Shown: positions 1 through 8,689 of the stretch, piece after piece
Layout: each line of letters begins with the position of its first letter
Numbering within the stretch: the stretch's first letter is position 1
DNA from: an uncultured archaeon
Lineage (GTDB): Archaea > Altiarchaeota > Altiarchaeia > IMC4 > SCGC-AAA252-I15
DNA length: 64,000 nt
Assembly: GCA_902384455.1 (NCBI GenBank)
Contig: CABMCB010000094.1
Span: 1 to 64,000 of the forward strand
Reading direction: 5' to 3'
Position numbers and translations under genes: made by a program
Notes under the pieces: generated by a model
Database searches by the model: none
Told to the model about the DNA's origin: nothing
The model's input: the letters and a program-made list of their open reading frames with translations, nothing else

Positions 1-146
1 AAACACTCGCCAAAGCCCAACTAACCGGACGCGTCCACAACCAAATAGACGGACCCCCAGACTACAAAAACACGGGAAACTTCAGAGACAGACTCACAAG
101 CGCAGTAATACAAGAACTCGTTGACATAGGCCGCCTAACAGCGTAA
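1..146 (+). CDS. 3' end of a hypothetical protein, paralogue of 226..870 (truncated by window edge)
   Basis: Frame from nt 3 reads TLAKAQLTGRVHNQIDGPP...ELVDIGRLTA*, matching TLEKALLKGRVHAQIYGPP...IKEIGRLTA* of the next gene. Confidence 0.75.
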   Translation, partial: TLAKAQLTGRVHNQIDGPPDYKNTGNFRDRLTSAVIQELVDIGRLTA

Positions 147-225
147 ATTCCCCTGAAAACGAAGCGACGATCTGCCGCAAACGAGGCCTCACTCAACTCA
201 ACGTTTTTTTCCTTACGTTGCGCGT

Positions 226-870
226 ATGTATGTGATGATTGAAGGAAGGCCGGTTTCACGGGCTCCTGCCGCGTTGGGGGAGCAACCGGATTTAAGGAGC
301 GCTCCCTCTGAAATGAACGTCATCGTCTTCGGGGAAAACCTAGGTGTCGTGGAAACTGTAAAAGACGTATTCACGCGAATCTCAGGCGAAACTGGATTGA
401 AATTCAAGGTTACAGACGAAGTGAGAGAAAGCATGGCGTATATGGCCCAGCAAATAGACCATCAAGACCTCCTCGTGTGGGTAGGCTACGGCGTCCCCGG
501 AACACAAGGCAACCAACACAAAGAGAAAAACATCGGAAGCCTTGTAGAATGCCTCGCGGGAACGGCTCCTGACGGGAGGAGGCCCGCATTAACGAATCAG
601 TCTCCGCTAAACCCTGGAATCAGGGTAATAGCGGTTACGCCGGTTGACGAAGTGGAGGCTGCGAGCAACCCTTACTTCGACGAGCAAACTCTTGAGAAGG
701 CGCTTCTAAAAGGGCGCGTCCACGCGCAGATATATGGACCGCCAAGGGGAACAAACGTAATAGCGGCATTGAGACAGCCTGCGGACGGTTGGGTTAGGGA
801 GGAGTTTATGGCGAAGCTGAGTGAAACTGTCAGAAACCAGATTAAGGAGATTGGCCGCCTCACCGCATAG
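226..870 (+). CDS. Hypothetical protein, possible degenerate receiver (REC)-like domain
   Basis: 214-aa ORF; VIVFGEN / LLVWVGYGVPG / IRVIAVT resemble REC beta1, beta3 and beta4 without the acidic residues. Confidence 0.6.
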   Translation: MYVMIEGRPVSRAPAALGEQPDLRSAPSEMNVIVFGENLGVVETVKDVFTRISGETGLKFKVTDEVRESMAYMAQQIDHQDLLVWVGYGVPGTQGNQHKEKNIGSLVECLAGTAPDGRRPALTNQSPLNPGIRVIAVTPVDEVEAASNPYFDEQTLEKALLKGRVHAQIYGPPRGTNVIAALRQPADGWVREEFMAKLSETVRNQIKEIGRLTA

Positions 871-899
871 CATTTAAGCTGCACCGCATATTTCAAACC

Positions 900-1502
900 A
901 TGAAGAAGATTTTTGCCGTTATGTTCGTGTTCATATTCTTTGCAGCGTGTGCGGCTGCGGAGTCTAACAAAGATGTGGGATTGATTGCGTCCATGATAAA
1001 CGCGATCAAATCGTTTATTGAGTCGTTGACGGGGGGCAACAAGACTGTTTCCTGCGACTCCTGGGAAATCCGCGACGGCGCCGGCTGCTGCCCGGACGTC
1101 AACAAAAACGGCGTCTGCGACACGAGAGAAACTACGACCACCACAACCACCACAGTGAAAGAGATCACTACGACCACAACAACTACTACGACAACGACTA
1201 CGACTACAACGACGACTACATCAACCACGACCACCACAGTCGCACAGCCGCCAAAGCCGACTGTAGCATGCCAGACCAACAAGGACTGCGGGGTAGACCG
1301 CGAGTACTACAAATGCTACGAAGGCAACGTCCACCAGATAACGTCATACTGGGTTTGCACAAACCCCGGAACAATAGCAAGCGCATGCAGACTCAAAGAA
1401 GCAGGGTTCTTCGACAGGCAAGGCAACCCCACGCCGTACACAATCTGCGGAAGAAGCGAAAAGTGCGTTGACGGACAATCCGAATGCGTGCTCGCAAGTT
1501 AG
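900..1502 (+). CDS. Secreted Cys-rich protein with poly-Thr linker (surface glycoprotein-like)
   Basis: Signal peptide MKKIFAVMFVFIFFAACAAA, long Thr run, Cys-rich flanking domains. Confidence 0.8.
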   Translation: MKKIFAVMFVFIFFAACAAAESNKDVGLIASMINAIKSFIESLTGGNKTVSCDSWEIRDGAGCCPDVNKNGVCDTRETTTTTTTTVKEITTTTTTTTTTTTTTTTTTSTTTTTVAQPPKPTVACQTNKDCGVDREYYKCYEGNVHQITSYWVCTNPGTIASACRLKEAGFFDRQGNPTPYTICGRSEKCVDGQSECVLAS

Positions 1503-1525
1503 GTTAATCAAAAGAGGAATTTCAA

Positions 1526-2770
1526 ATGAGCAGAGTAAAAGACAAGAATCTTGCGCCCCAAGGGCGCCTTAAGATAGAATGGGCAGTAGACCACATGCCG
1601 GTCCTTTCCGCGATAGAGGCGGAATTCTCAAAAGACAAGCCGCTTAAAGGAATCCGCGTGGGATTCGCGCTACACGTCACCAAAGAGACCGCGGTGCTGG
1701 TCAATACGCTCAAGGCGGCAGGCGCCGAAGTGGCGATAGCAAGCTGCAATCCGCTGTCAACACAAGACGACGTCGCAGCTTCTCTCGCCAAAGACGGCGT
1801 GGAAGTGTTCGCGTGGAGAGGCGAAAACACAAAGGAATACTACGAGAACATCGCAAGCGTCCTCGACTCCAAACCGCACATCACGGTGGACGACGGAGGA
1901 GACCTAGTGTTCATGGTCCACAAGGAAAGAACAGACCTAATCAAGGGGATAAAAGGAGGCTGCGAAGAAACAACGACAGGCGTCATACGGCTTCGCGCAA
2001 TGGAAAAAGACGGCGTACTCAAATACCCCGTATTCGCCACAAACGACGCAGACACAAAACACATGTTCGACAACCACTACGGCACAGGCCAAAGCAGCCT
2101 CGACGGAGTGCTAAGGGCCACCAACATCCTTTTCGCAGGAAAAACAGTGGTCGTCGCAGGATACGGCTGGTGCGGAAGAGGAATAGCCGCCCGAGCCCGA
2201 GGAATGGGCTCCCACGTCATAGTCACAGAAGTCGACCCAATACTAGCACTACGCGCCGCAATGGACGGGTTCACAGTCAAAAGCATGGACGACGCAGCGC
2301 CACTTGGCGACGCATTCATAACCGCCACAGGAAACGTCGACGTAATAACGGAACGCCACTTCAAGAAGATGAAGGCGGGCGCTGTGCTCGCAAACGCAGG
2401 CCACTTCAACAACGAAGTCAGCATCCCAGACTTGGAGAAGCTCGCAAAAAGCAAGAAGGAAATGCGCCCAAACGTAGAAAGATACGAACTACAAGGCGGA
2501 CGCCACATTTACCTTCTGGCTGAAGGCCGCCTTGTGAATCTTGCGGCTGCGGAGGGTCATCCTAGCGAGGTTATGGATATGAGTTTCGCCAATCAGGCTC
2601 TTGCCGTCAGGTACATCGCGGAGCATAAGATGAAACCGGGGGTGCATGAGATTCCTCGTGATATTGATGAGCGTGTTGCGCGGATGAAGATTGCGTCCAT
2701 GGGGATTACAATTGACGGGCTTTCGGACAGGCAGAAGAAGTATCTTTCCTCTTGGGATGAGGGAACATAG
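1526..2770 (+). CDS. ahcY: Adenosylhomocysteinase
   Basis: Motifs SCNPLSTQD, EETTTG, KHMFDNHYGTGQS, GYGWCGRG, EGRLVNLAAAEGHP. Confidence 0.98.
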   Translation: MSRVKDKNLAPQGRLKIEWAVDHMPVLSAIEAEFSKDKPLKGIRVGFALHVTKETAVLVNTLKAAGAEVAIASCNPLSTQDDVAASLAKDGVEVFAWRGENTKEYYENIASVLDSKPHITVDDGGDLVFMVHKERTDLIKGIKGGCEETTTGVIRLRAMEKDGVLKYPVFATNDADTKHMFDNHYGTGQSSLDGVLRATNILFAGKTVVVAGYGWCGRGIAARARGMGSHVIVTEVDPILALRAAMDGFTVKSMDDAAPLGDAFITATGNVDVITERHFKKMKAGAVLANAGHFNNEVSIPDLEKLAKSKKEMRPNVERYELQGGRHIYLLAEGRLVNLAAAEGHPSEVMDMSFANQALAVRYIAEHKMKPGVHEIPRDIDERVARMKIASMGITIDGLSDRQKKYLSSWDEGT

Positions 2771-2837
2771 CTTTTAAATTAAGAGGAGTAGATAGATAGG
2801 CGAAAATAACTAACAAGCACGATACATAGGTTCGAAA

Positions 2838-3398
2838 ATGAGCAATGAAGTTACATTATGCGGTGACTACCTGGGGACGATAGAAGAATACGTCCCAGGC
2901 AAAGGCACCTACGTGGAAGACGGAAAAATATACGCAGCCATCATAGGCAAACCAAATCTCGACAAAGAAAAACACATCGCAAGCGTCGAAGGCAAACAAC
3001 CAGCAGACCTCAAAATAGGCGACGTAATCTACGGCGAAGTAGTAGCGATGCGAAAAAACATAGTCACAGTAATCGCCTACCTAATACAAGGAAACAAAAC
3101 CAAAGTAGACATAAAAACAGGCCTATTCGTCTCAAACATAGCCGACAAATACATAGAACGCCCAGAAGACATGTTCAGCCTAGGCGACCTAGTCAAAGGC
3201 AAAGTAGTCAAAATAGAACCCGGCCTAATAGACATCTCAACCAAAGGAGGACTCGGCGTCGTAAGAGCATACTGCAACAGATGCCGCCACATACTACCAA
3301 AAGGAAACCCAGGCCCCACAACAATCGAATGCACAAGATGCGGCCTAAGGCAGACACGCCACGTAGCCGAAGACTACGGAAGAGTAGAGGACATGTAA
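2838..3398 (+). CDS. csl4: Exosome RNA-binding protein Csl4
   Basis: N-terminal EEYVPGKGTY, S1 domain, C-terminal Zn ribbon (CNRC...CTRC); sits upstream of rpoL as in other archaea. Confidence 0.92.
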   Translation: MSNEVTLCGDYLGTIEEYVPGKGTYVEDGKIYAAIIGKPNLDKEKHIASVEGKQPADLKIGDVIYGEVVAMRKNIVTVIAYLIQGNKTKVDIKTGLFVSNIADKYIERPEDMFSLGDLVKGKVVKIEPGLIDISTKGGLGVVRAYCNRCRHILPKGNPGPTTIECTRCGLRQTRHVAEDYGRVEDM

Positions 3399-3408
3399 GG
3401 AGGAAAAA

Positions 3409-3672
3409 ATGAACATACGAATTGTCACCAAGAAGAAGGACGAAATAGAGATTGAATGCGACGACAAAGGAATAGCAAACGCAGTGCTAAACGCACTCAT
3501 AGACCAAGGAGCCGACGCATACACATACGAACCGCACCCGCTCACAGCCGGATACCGCCTTAACGTCAAAGCCGACGACCCGCAGAAAGAAATGAAAAAA
3601 GCAATCGACAAAGTAAAAGGCGAAATCCAGCAACTACAAAAACAAGTCGAAAAGGAACTCAAATCCAAATGA
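3409..3672 (+). CDS. rpoL: RNA polymerase subunit L (Rpo11)
   Basis: 87 aa, Y..PHPL motif, csl4-rpoL synteny. Confidence 0.85.
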   Translation: MNIRIVTKKKDEIEIECDDKGIANAVLNALIDQGADAYTYEPHPLTAGYRLNVKADDPQKEMKKAIDKVKGEIQQLQKQVEKELKSK

Positions 3673-4079
3673 GCGAACCGGAAAAAAAAGAAGAAACACC
3701 GGAAGCCCGACCAGGCGTCCGCCACATGCTTGAGAGAACAGTCGCCACAGGATTCTTCAGCCGACACAAAAGCCACCTGCCAGCCACACTCAAACTCAAA
3801 GCAGACATCACCGAAAAACCCGACAAAATAATACTCACAACATCAGTCGCAGGATACGCAGAAGCAAACGTCAAAGTATCAGCAAGCGAAAACACAATAG
3901 ACGTCGCACTAATAACCGACGAACCAAAAGAACAAAAAGAAAATAAAGGCCACGAAGACGACCCAACATTCCACTCCGCATACACAACACCCAAACCCAT
4001 AGACCCAAAAAACCTGACAATAGAAATCAAAGGCGGCATCCTAACTGTAACGGCACCCAAAAGGAATCCCAAAAAATGA
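3669..4079 (+). CDS. Hsp20/alpha-crystallin family protein
   Basis: ADITE...VAGY...PIDP...GGILTVTAPK alpha-crystallin pattern. Confidence 0.8.
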   Translation: MSEPEKKEETPEARPGVRHMLERTVATGFFSRHKSHLPATLKLKADITEKPDKIILTTSVAGYAEANVKVSASENTIDVALITDEPKEQKENKGHEDDPTFHSAYTTPKPIDPKNLTIEIKGGILTVTAPKRNPKK

Positions 4080-4414
4080 ACCCCACAGAAGAAGACAAAA
4101 CGCTCGCAGGACTACTGCTACACCAAAAGCCCGCCAAAATGCTTCTTGCCCTCAAAAGCACCACAAAATACGCCACACAACTAGCCAAAGAAAGCGACTG
4201 CACATACACCCACACACTCAAAATACTAGACGAATTCCAAAAATACGGCCTAGTCCAATTCAACAAAGAAGGCCGAATCAAAGAAGTCACATTAACCGAC
4301 CGCGGCGTGGACATAGCCCACGAACTCGAAGGCCTCGTACGACTTCTGTCGCGGATGGGGCCGGCCGAGAAAGCAGGAGACAAAAACGAGACGACAGAAG
4401 CCGCAGTAGAATAA
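4076..4414 (+). CDS. Winged-helix transcription regulator (MarR-like)
   Basis: YATQLAK..DCTYTHTLKIL..F..GLV...KEGRIKEVTLT. Confidence 0.85.
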   Translation: MNPTEEDKTLAGLLLHQKPAKMLLALKSTTKYATQLAKESDCTYTHTLKILDEFQKYGLVQFNKEGRIKEVTLTDRGVDIAHELEGLVRLLSRMGPAEKAGDKNETTEAAVE

Positions 4415-4470
4415 TATATAGGATATGAGGGCGGATCGGAGGATTGGGGGGATTTTTTGTTAGAGGGTAT

Positions 4471-5319
4471 ATGGCAAACTCAATTCAAAAAAATGTTCGG
4501 ACTATTCTCTCGGTTCTTTATAACGAGCCGACAGATCATTTAGGTCATGCAACGGTAAATGGGAAAAGGTTACAGGAACTAACTCAGTTGACACCACCAG
4601 AGATAAATCATGCAGTTACCGTTCTGGAGGATATGGGTTATGTGGATTGGATGCGCTTTTTAGGGACTGCACCTTTCACTTTCGGTTTCGTCGAGATTAA
4701 CCCTCGCGGCAGATACGAGTTTGAACGTATGAAAAAAGAAGAGACTGTTCAAGCAACATCAACACCTCAGATGATACTCCCGAGAAGCCCGGTTGGATCA
4801 CCATATGGCTTTAGAGATGAAGACTGGGAAATCGTCTCAGAACGAAAGAGAGAGCAACGGTTATATGTCGTTTTCGGATTCAAATTTGAGTCGACGTATT
4901 ATGATACAGAAAAGTTGAAACTAAATGTTGAAAATATGTTTAAGGTGGCTTTAGAGGAGTATAAAAAACTGCCTACTGCCATTTCGGTTGACCTTGTTTT
5001 TGAACCACTTAGTGCGGGTTATGGTGAACATCTCTTTAACAAAATCGCTCGTGATATAATCTCGGCAGATATTGCCGTGTTTGACACATCTGATCAAAAC
5101 CCTAACGTCATGCTTGAAATGGGGGTCGCCCTAACGTGGGGTATCAGGGTGCTACCTATAAGAGAAAAAGATAGCCCGGCAGTACCATCAGATATTTCTG
5201 GCCAAACATGGGCACGATATGAAGGTAGTGGTAGAGTATTTGTTGAACCCCCAGATCATATAAAAAAATTAAGCACAATGATTGAGGGAGCAGTTCGGAA
5301 AAAAGGAGTTAGTCAATAA
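4471..5319 (+). CDS. wHTH fused to nucleoside 2-deoxyribosyltransferase/TIR-like domain
   Basis: C-terminal ADIAVFDTSDQNPNVMLEMGVA...PSDISG; N-terminal helix-turn-helix; composition differs from neighbours. Confidence 0.7.
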   Translation: MANSIQKNVRTILSVLYNEPTDHLGHATVNGKRLQELTQLTPPEINHAVTVLEDMGYVDWMRFLGTAPFTFGFVEINPRGRYEFERMKKEETVQATSTPQMILPRSPVGSPYGFRDEDWEIVSERKREQRLYVVFGFKFESTYYDTEKLKLNVENMFKVALEEYKKLPTAISVDLVFEPLSAGYGEHLFNKIARDIISADIAVFDTSDQNPNVMLEMGVALTWGIRVLPIREKDSPAVPSDISGQTWARYEGSGRVFVEPPDHIKKLSTMIEGAVRKKGVSQ

Positions 5320-5324
5320 ATCTG

Positions 5325-5828
5325 TTAAAACCCATCATCCGCTTCTACGCCTTTCTTTTTGCGCGCCGTGACCACATTAACGTTCCACGCGCCCGCAATC
5401 CGACTTAGGTAATTGCTGAATGTAAGCGACTCAGACACCACAAGAGGCCTTCCTCTGCCCATTGTTCCCATGGCGAGCCGTTCGCGTTTTATGAGGCCGA
5501 ATCGGGCGAGTTTGGGTACGACTTTGTTTTCCAGCGTGCTTTTGCTGTGGCCGGTTGTCTGCAGGAATTCGCTTATTTCCTTTTTGCCCACCCTTTTTGA
5601 AGCCAAAACTAGGTTTAGGAAGTCGCACGCCACAATGTGGTATGTGGGCTGGTAGCGGCGGGGAAAAATAAAGTCCACCACGTCCTCCACCGCCCAATGA
5701 ACGTTGGGGTCTAAGCCTCCTTTTCTTTTTATTTCTTTTCCTTGGTGCGGCGGAAGCCATAGGGAGTCGGCTGACGGTATGCCTGAGGAGGAGGGAGGTT
5801 TAGGCGACGGGTTTCCTTTTGGCGGCAT
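5325..5828 (-). CDS. Uncharacterised winged-helix protein (chromosomal member of the family at 30.7-32.1 kb)
   Basis: TLENKVVPKLARFGLIKRER...ESLTFSNYLSRIAGAW aligns by eye with 30708..31265. Confidence 0.8.
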   Translation of the reverse strand: MPPKGNPSPKPPSSSGIPSADSLWLPPHQGKEIKRKGGLDPNVHWAVEDVVDFIFPRRYQPTYHIVACDFLNLVLASKRVGKKEISEFLQTTGHSKSTLENKVVPKLARFGLIKRERLAMGTMGRGRPLVVSESLTFSNYLSRIAGAWNVNVVTARKKKGVEADDGF

Positions 5829-5894
5829 TGCGTTAGGAGAAGGGAAACGCGTAATAAAATATGTTTTAAGGGCGTAGGAGTAAGGATAGGTAGT

Positions 5895-7094
5895 ATGAAG
5901 AAGTCCGATGAGGAGCCGGCCGGAAAATCTCCTTACTCCGCCATTAGGAGGGAATTCTTTTTGTGCCTTGCCGAAGAGGACGCAGTCAAGGCGGTGACGC
6001 GCGGGTTGCTTACTGCTTTTGACGCTGACGTGGTTTATGTCGCATTAATTGACGGGGATGTTTTCCGCATAACTTCCGCTTCTCGCGTGGGCGTGCTGCA
6101 TGAAGGCAGTTCCTGGGTTGTTTCAAGCGGCAAGACGCCTGTGCTTAAGGGGGTTTTAGGCAAGCGCGGAAGCGTTTTCTTCGATGCTTTGGCCGCAGAC
6201 GACGCTTTGTTTTCCAAGATGAAGGACTCTTTAATCCGTTCGGTCTGGAGTGCGCCGTTGGAGGCGAGGGAGAGTACATTAGGCGTTGTCGCCGTTGGGT
6301 ACAGGAAAGCAAAGACTGAGAAGAATCCTTATTTTGATGAGGCGGTTTTAGATGCCGGCGCTGCTTTGGACAACGCCAGGCGCTTTGAGGATTTGCGTCG
6401 CTTAAACGAGGCGAAAGACAACTTTATCGCCTCTATTTCAGGCGAACTAAACTCGTCTCTTACCGATATGCTGCGTTACGTTAATCTTCTGGTTCAACCG
6501 CATATGCCGCAGAACAAGAGGAGAGCGTACGTTGACGTCGTATCCAGAAGCGGCTCCCAGATTCGCCGCATAGTCCAGGACCTCGTCGACTTAAGCGGCC
6601 GCCGGGGGGAGAAGATTGAGCTTGCTCTTAAGCCGATTGACGTGGGAGGGGTTTTGTATGAGGTTCAGAGGGAGACGGAGGTTGTTGCGGCGGAGAAGAA
6701 CATTCCCGTCTGCTTCATCATGGCGGACAATCTTCCGCGCGTCGTTGCTGACAGGGACCGGCTTAAGCAGATTCTTCATACGCTCATAGGGAACGCAATA
6801 AAGCATACGCCAAACGGCGGCAGCGTTACGGTTTCCGCGAAGAAGGACCTCAAGTTCATACTCTTTAGGGTAGAAGACACGGGGAAGGTCGTTCCGTTGC
6901 AGCTTCGTCCGCTGATATTCAAGAAGTTCATGAATGCAGGCGTCTTATCGGGAGACTACAGGCTGGAGATGAGCCTGCCTGTCGCCAAGGAGCTTGCCGA
7001 ATACCACGGAGGAAACGTCTGGTATGAGGAAGGAAAGAAGGGCGAGTCGATGTTTATACTGAGGATTCCGGCCGAACCAGCCCCGCTGAAATAA
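5895..7094 (+). CDS. GAF + HisKA/HATPase sensor kinase-like protein, catalytic motifs degenerate
   Basis: H-box SGELNSS (no His), N-box LIGNAIKHT intact, G1 DTGKVV, G2 box absent. Confidence 0.85.
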   Translation: MKKSDEEPAGKSPYSAIRREFFLCLAEEDAVKAVTRGLLTAFDADVVYVALIDGDVFRITSASRVGVLHEGSSWVVSSGKTPVLKGVLGKRGSVFFDALAADDALFSKMKDSLIRSVWSAPLEARESTLGVVAVGYRKAKTEKNPYFDEAVLDAGAALDNARRFEDLRRLNEAKDNFIASISGELNSSLTDMLRYVNLLVQPHMPQNKRRAYVDVVSRSGSQIRRIVQDLVDLSGRRGEKIELALKPIDVGGVLYEVQRETEVVAAEKNIPVCFIMADNLPRVVADRDRLKQILHTLIGNAIKHTPNGGSVTVSAKKDLKFILFRVEDTGKVVPLQLRPLIFKKFMNAGVLSGDYRLEMSLPVAKELAEYHGGNVWYEEGKKGESMFILRIPAEPAPLK

Positions 7095-7101
7095 GCGCCT
7101 C

Positions 7102-8175
7102 TTACTTGCTTGTTTTACGCTGCTTCTTCAGGCGCGCATACGTCTTAGACACGTCCGTCTGCTTCAAGGGGACAAGCTCGTCCATGTCCAAAGTTATCTT
7201 ATACTTGCTCCCCTGCCTGCTGCCACGGTTTTTCAACTCGCGCTCAACGCGCGGAGTCACGATGTTGCGGTACGTATCCCACGTGGGCGCAAGCTTAGTC
7301 TCCAACCCGCAGTCCTTGCTCAAACGCTGAATAAGGACATACGGCGACAAATGCTCCAAAAAGTCAGCCACAAGATTAACGTACTCCATGAAACCAAGCG
7401 GCCGATACTCGCCTTTCATGTACTGTTGGGCTAGACGCGTGTCTTTCATGATGATTAGAGGGTAAAGCTTTATTGCGTCAACTCCGAGAGCCGAAATTAT
7501 GCGCGCAGTCTCCATCATCTCAGTCGGAGTCTCGCCGGGCAGGCCCAGTATTATGAAGGACAGCGCCTTTATTTTCCGGCTGTGACATTCATCGACCACG
7601 CGGATTAATTCCGCAAACCCGTGGCACCTGTTTATCGCCTCAAGCGTGTGGTAGTGGACTGTCTGCTGGCCTGCCTCAACCCATACGTCGTATCCGCTTT
7701 GGACATATTCTTCAAGGAGGTCGAATACTTCGTCGGGGAGGCAGTCTGGCCTTGTGCCGACTGTGAATCCTATGACGTCTTCGTGGGCTACGCAGTCGTC
7801 GAAAATCTTGCGTAACGTGGGAAGTGGCGCGTAAGTGTTGGTGCCGAACGCCACGTAAACAAGCGCTTTTTCTCCCGCGCCCATCGACTTGTAATGCTCA
7901 ATCTGATGCGCAATCTGCGCCCTAAAACCCTTGTCTATGACCTGCCTGAAACTGTCGTACGTAAACTGCCGCGCCAAAGCAGGACAAAAAGTGCACCCCC
8001 CATTAGAGAGGCGGCCGTCCCACACGGGGCAGGTGAACTCCGCGTTCAAGGGCACCTTAAACACCTTGCAGCCGTGAACCTTCCTCTCGTAAGACCCGTA
8101 CTTGGAGTATATGAGGCCGTCTTTAGCGTAGAGGTCATCCACTACCTTTTGGTCTATGATTTGTAGGTGGCGCAT
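7102..8175 (-). CDS. Radical SAM protein, TIGR01212/YhcC family
   Basis: FTCPVWDG...GGCTFC, GTRPDC, IILGLPGE, IKLYPL. Confidence 0.9.
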   Translation of the reverse strand: MRHLQIIDQKVVDDLYAKDGLIYSKYGSYERKVHGCKVFKVPLNAEFTCPVWDGRLSNGGCTFCPALARQFTYDSFRQVIDKGFRAQIAHQIEHYKSMGAGEKALVYVAFGTNTYAPLPTLRKIFDDCVAHEDVIGFTVGTRPDCLPDEVFDLLEEYVQSGYDVWVEAGQQTVHYHTLEAINRCHGFAELIRVVDECHSRKIKALSFIILGLPGETPTEMMETARIISALGVDAIKLYPLIIMKDTRLAQQYMKGEYRPLGFMEYVNLVADFLEHLSPYVLIQRLSKDCGLETKLAPTWDTYRNIVTPRVERELKNRGSRQGSKYKITLDMDELVPLKQTDVSKTYARLKKQRKTSK

Positions 8176-8248
8176 GAGGGTAGTGATACGGAAAAACGGG
8201 GTTAAAAACCGCCTTAAACCTCTTTACTTTCGCCTCAAAGATGTTACC

Positions 8249-8689
8249 ATGGAATACGGAGTCGCACTTGTTGCGTTGGCGTTCCTTGTTGCGGGCGCGC
8301 TATTAGGTTGGCTTATCGGGGCTTATTCGACGGCCCGACGGCTGGAGAAGGAAATACCGGCTCTGAGGGAGGACGCTGTCAAGAAGAGCAGGCAGGTTCT
8401 TGCGGGGCAATTTAGCGAGCAGCTTGCGCCTTATCTGCCCGATTTCCCCTTCAATCCCACCGAAGTCCGCTTCTTAGGGAAACCCGTGGACTTCGTCGTG
8501 TTTAGGGGGCTGGATGAACGCGAGCCGACTGAGATTGTTTTCGTTGAAGTGAAAAGCGGAAACGCTCAGCTGTCGCCCACCGAAAGAAAGATAAAGCAGA
8601 TAATAGCCGAAAAGAAAATCAGCTTCATCGAATACAGGATACCTAAAGACCTCACTGACGACAGAAAGAACTCACACCAACCTAACTAG
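8249..8689 (+). CDS. Membrane-anchored Holliday-junction-resolvase-like endonuclease
   Basis: N-terminal TM helix; REDAVKKSR.VL.GQFSEQLAP, FLGKPVDFVVF, FVEVKSG. Confidence 0.85.
   Translation: MEYGVALVALAFLVAGALLGWLIGAYSTARRLEKEIPALREDAVKKSRQVLAGQFSEQLAPYLPDFPFNPTEVRFLGKPVDFVVFRGLDEREPTEIVFVEVKSGNAQLSPTERKIKQIIAEKKISFIEYRIPKDLTDDRKNSHQPN

Noticed and set aside
893-1282. Poly-Val ORF on the minus strand / apparent ACN microsatellite
   Set aside because: It is the antisense shadow of the Thr-rich linker in 900..1502
1813-2523. Arg/His-rich alternative-frame ORFs (here and at 48344, 56262 and elsewhere)
   Set aside because: By-products of the A/C-skewed codon usage in the real overlapping genes
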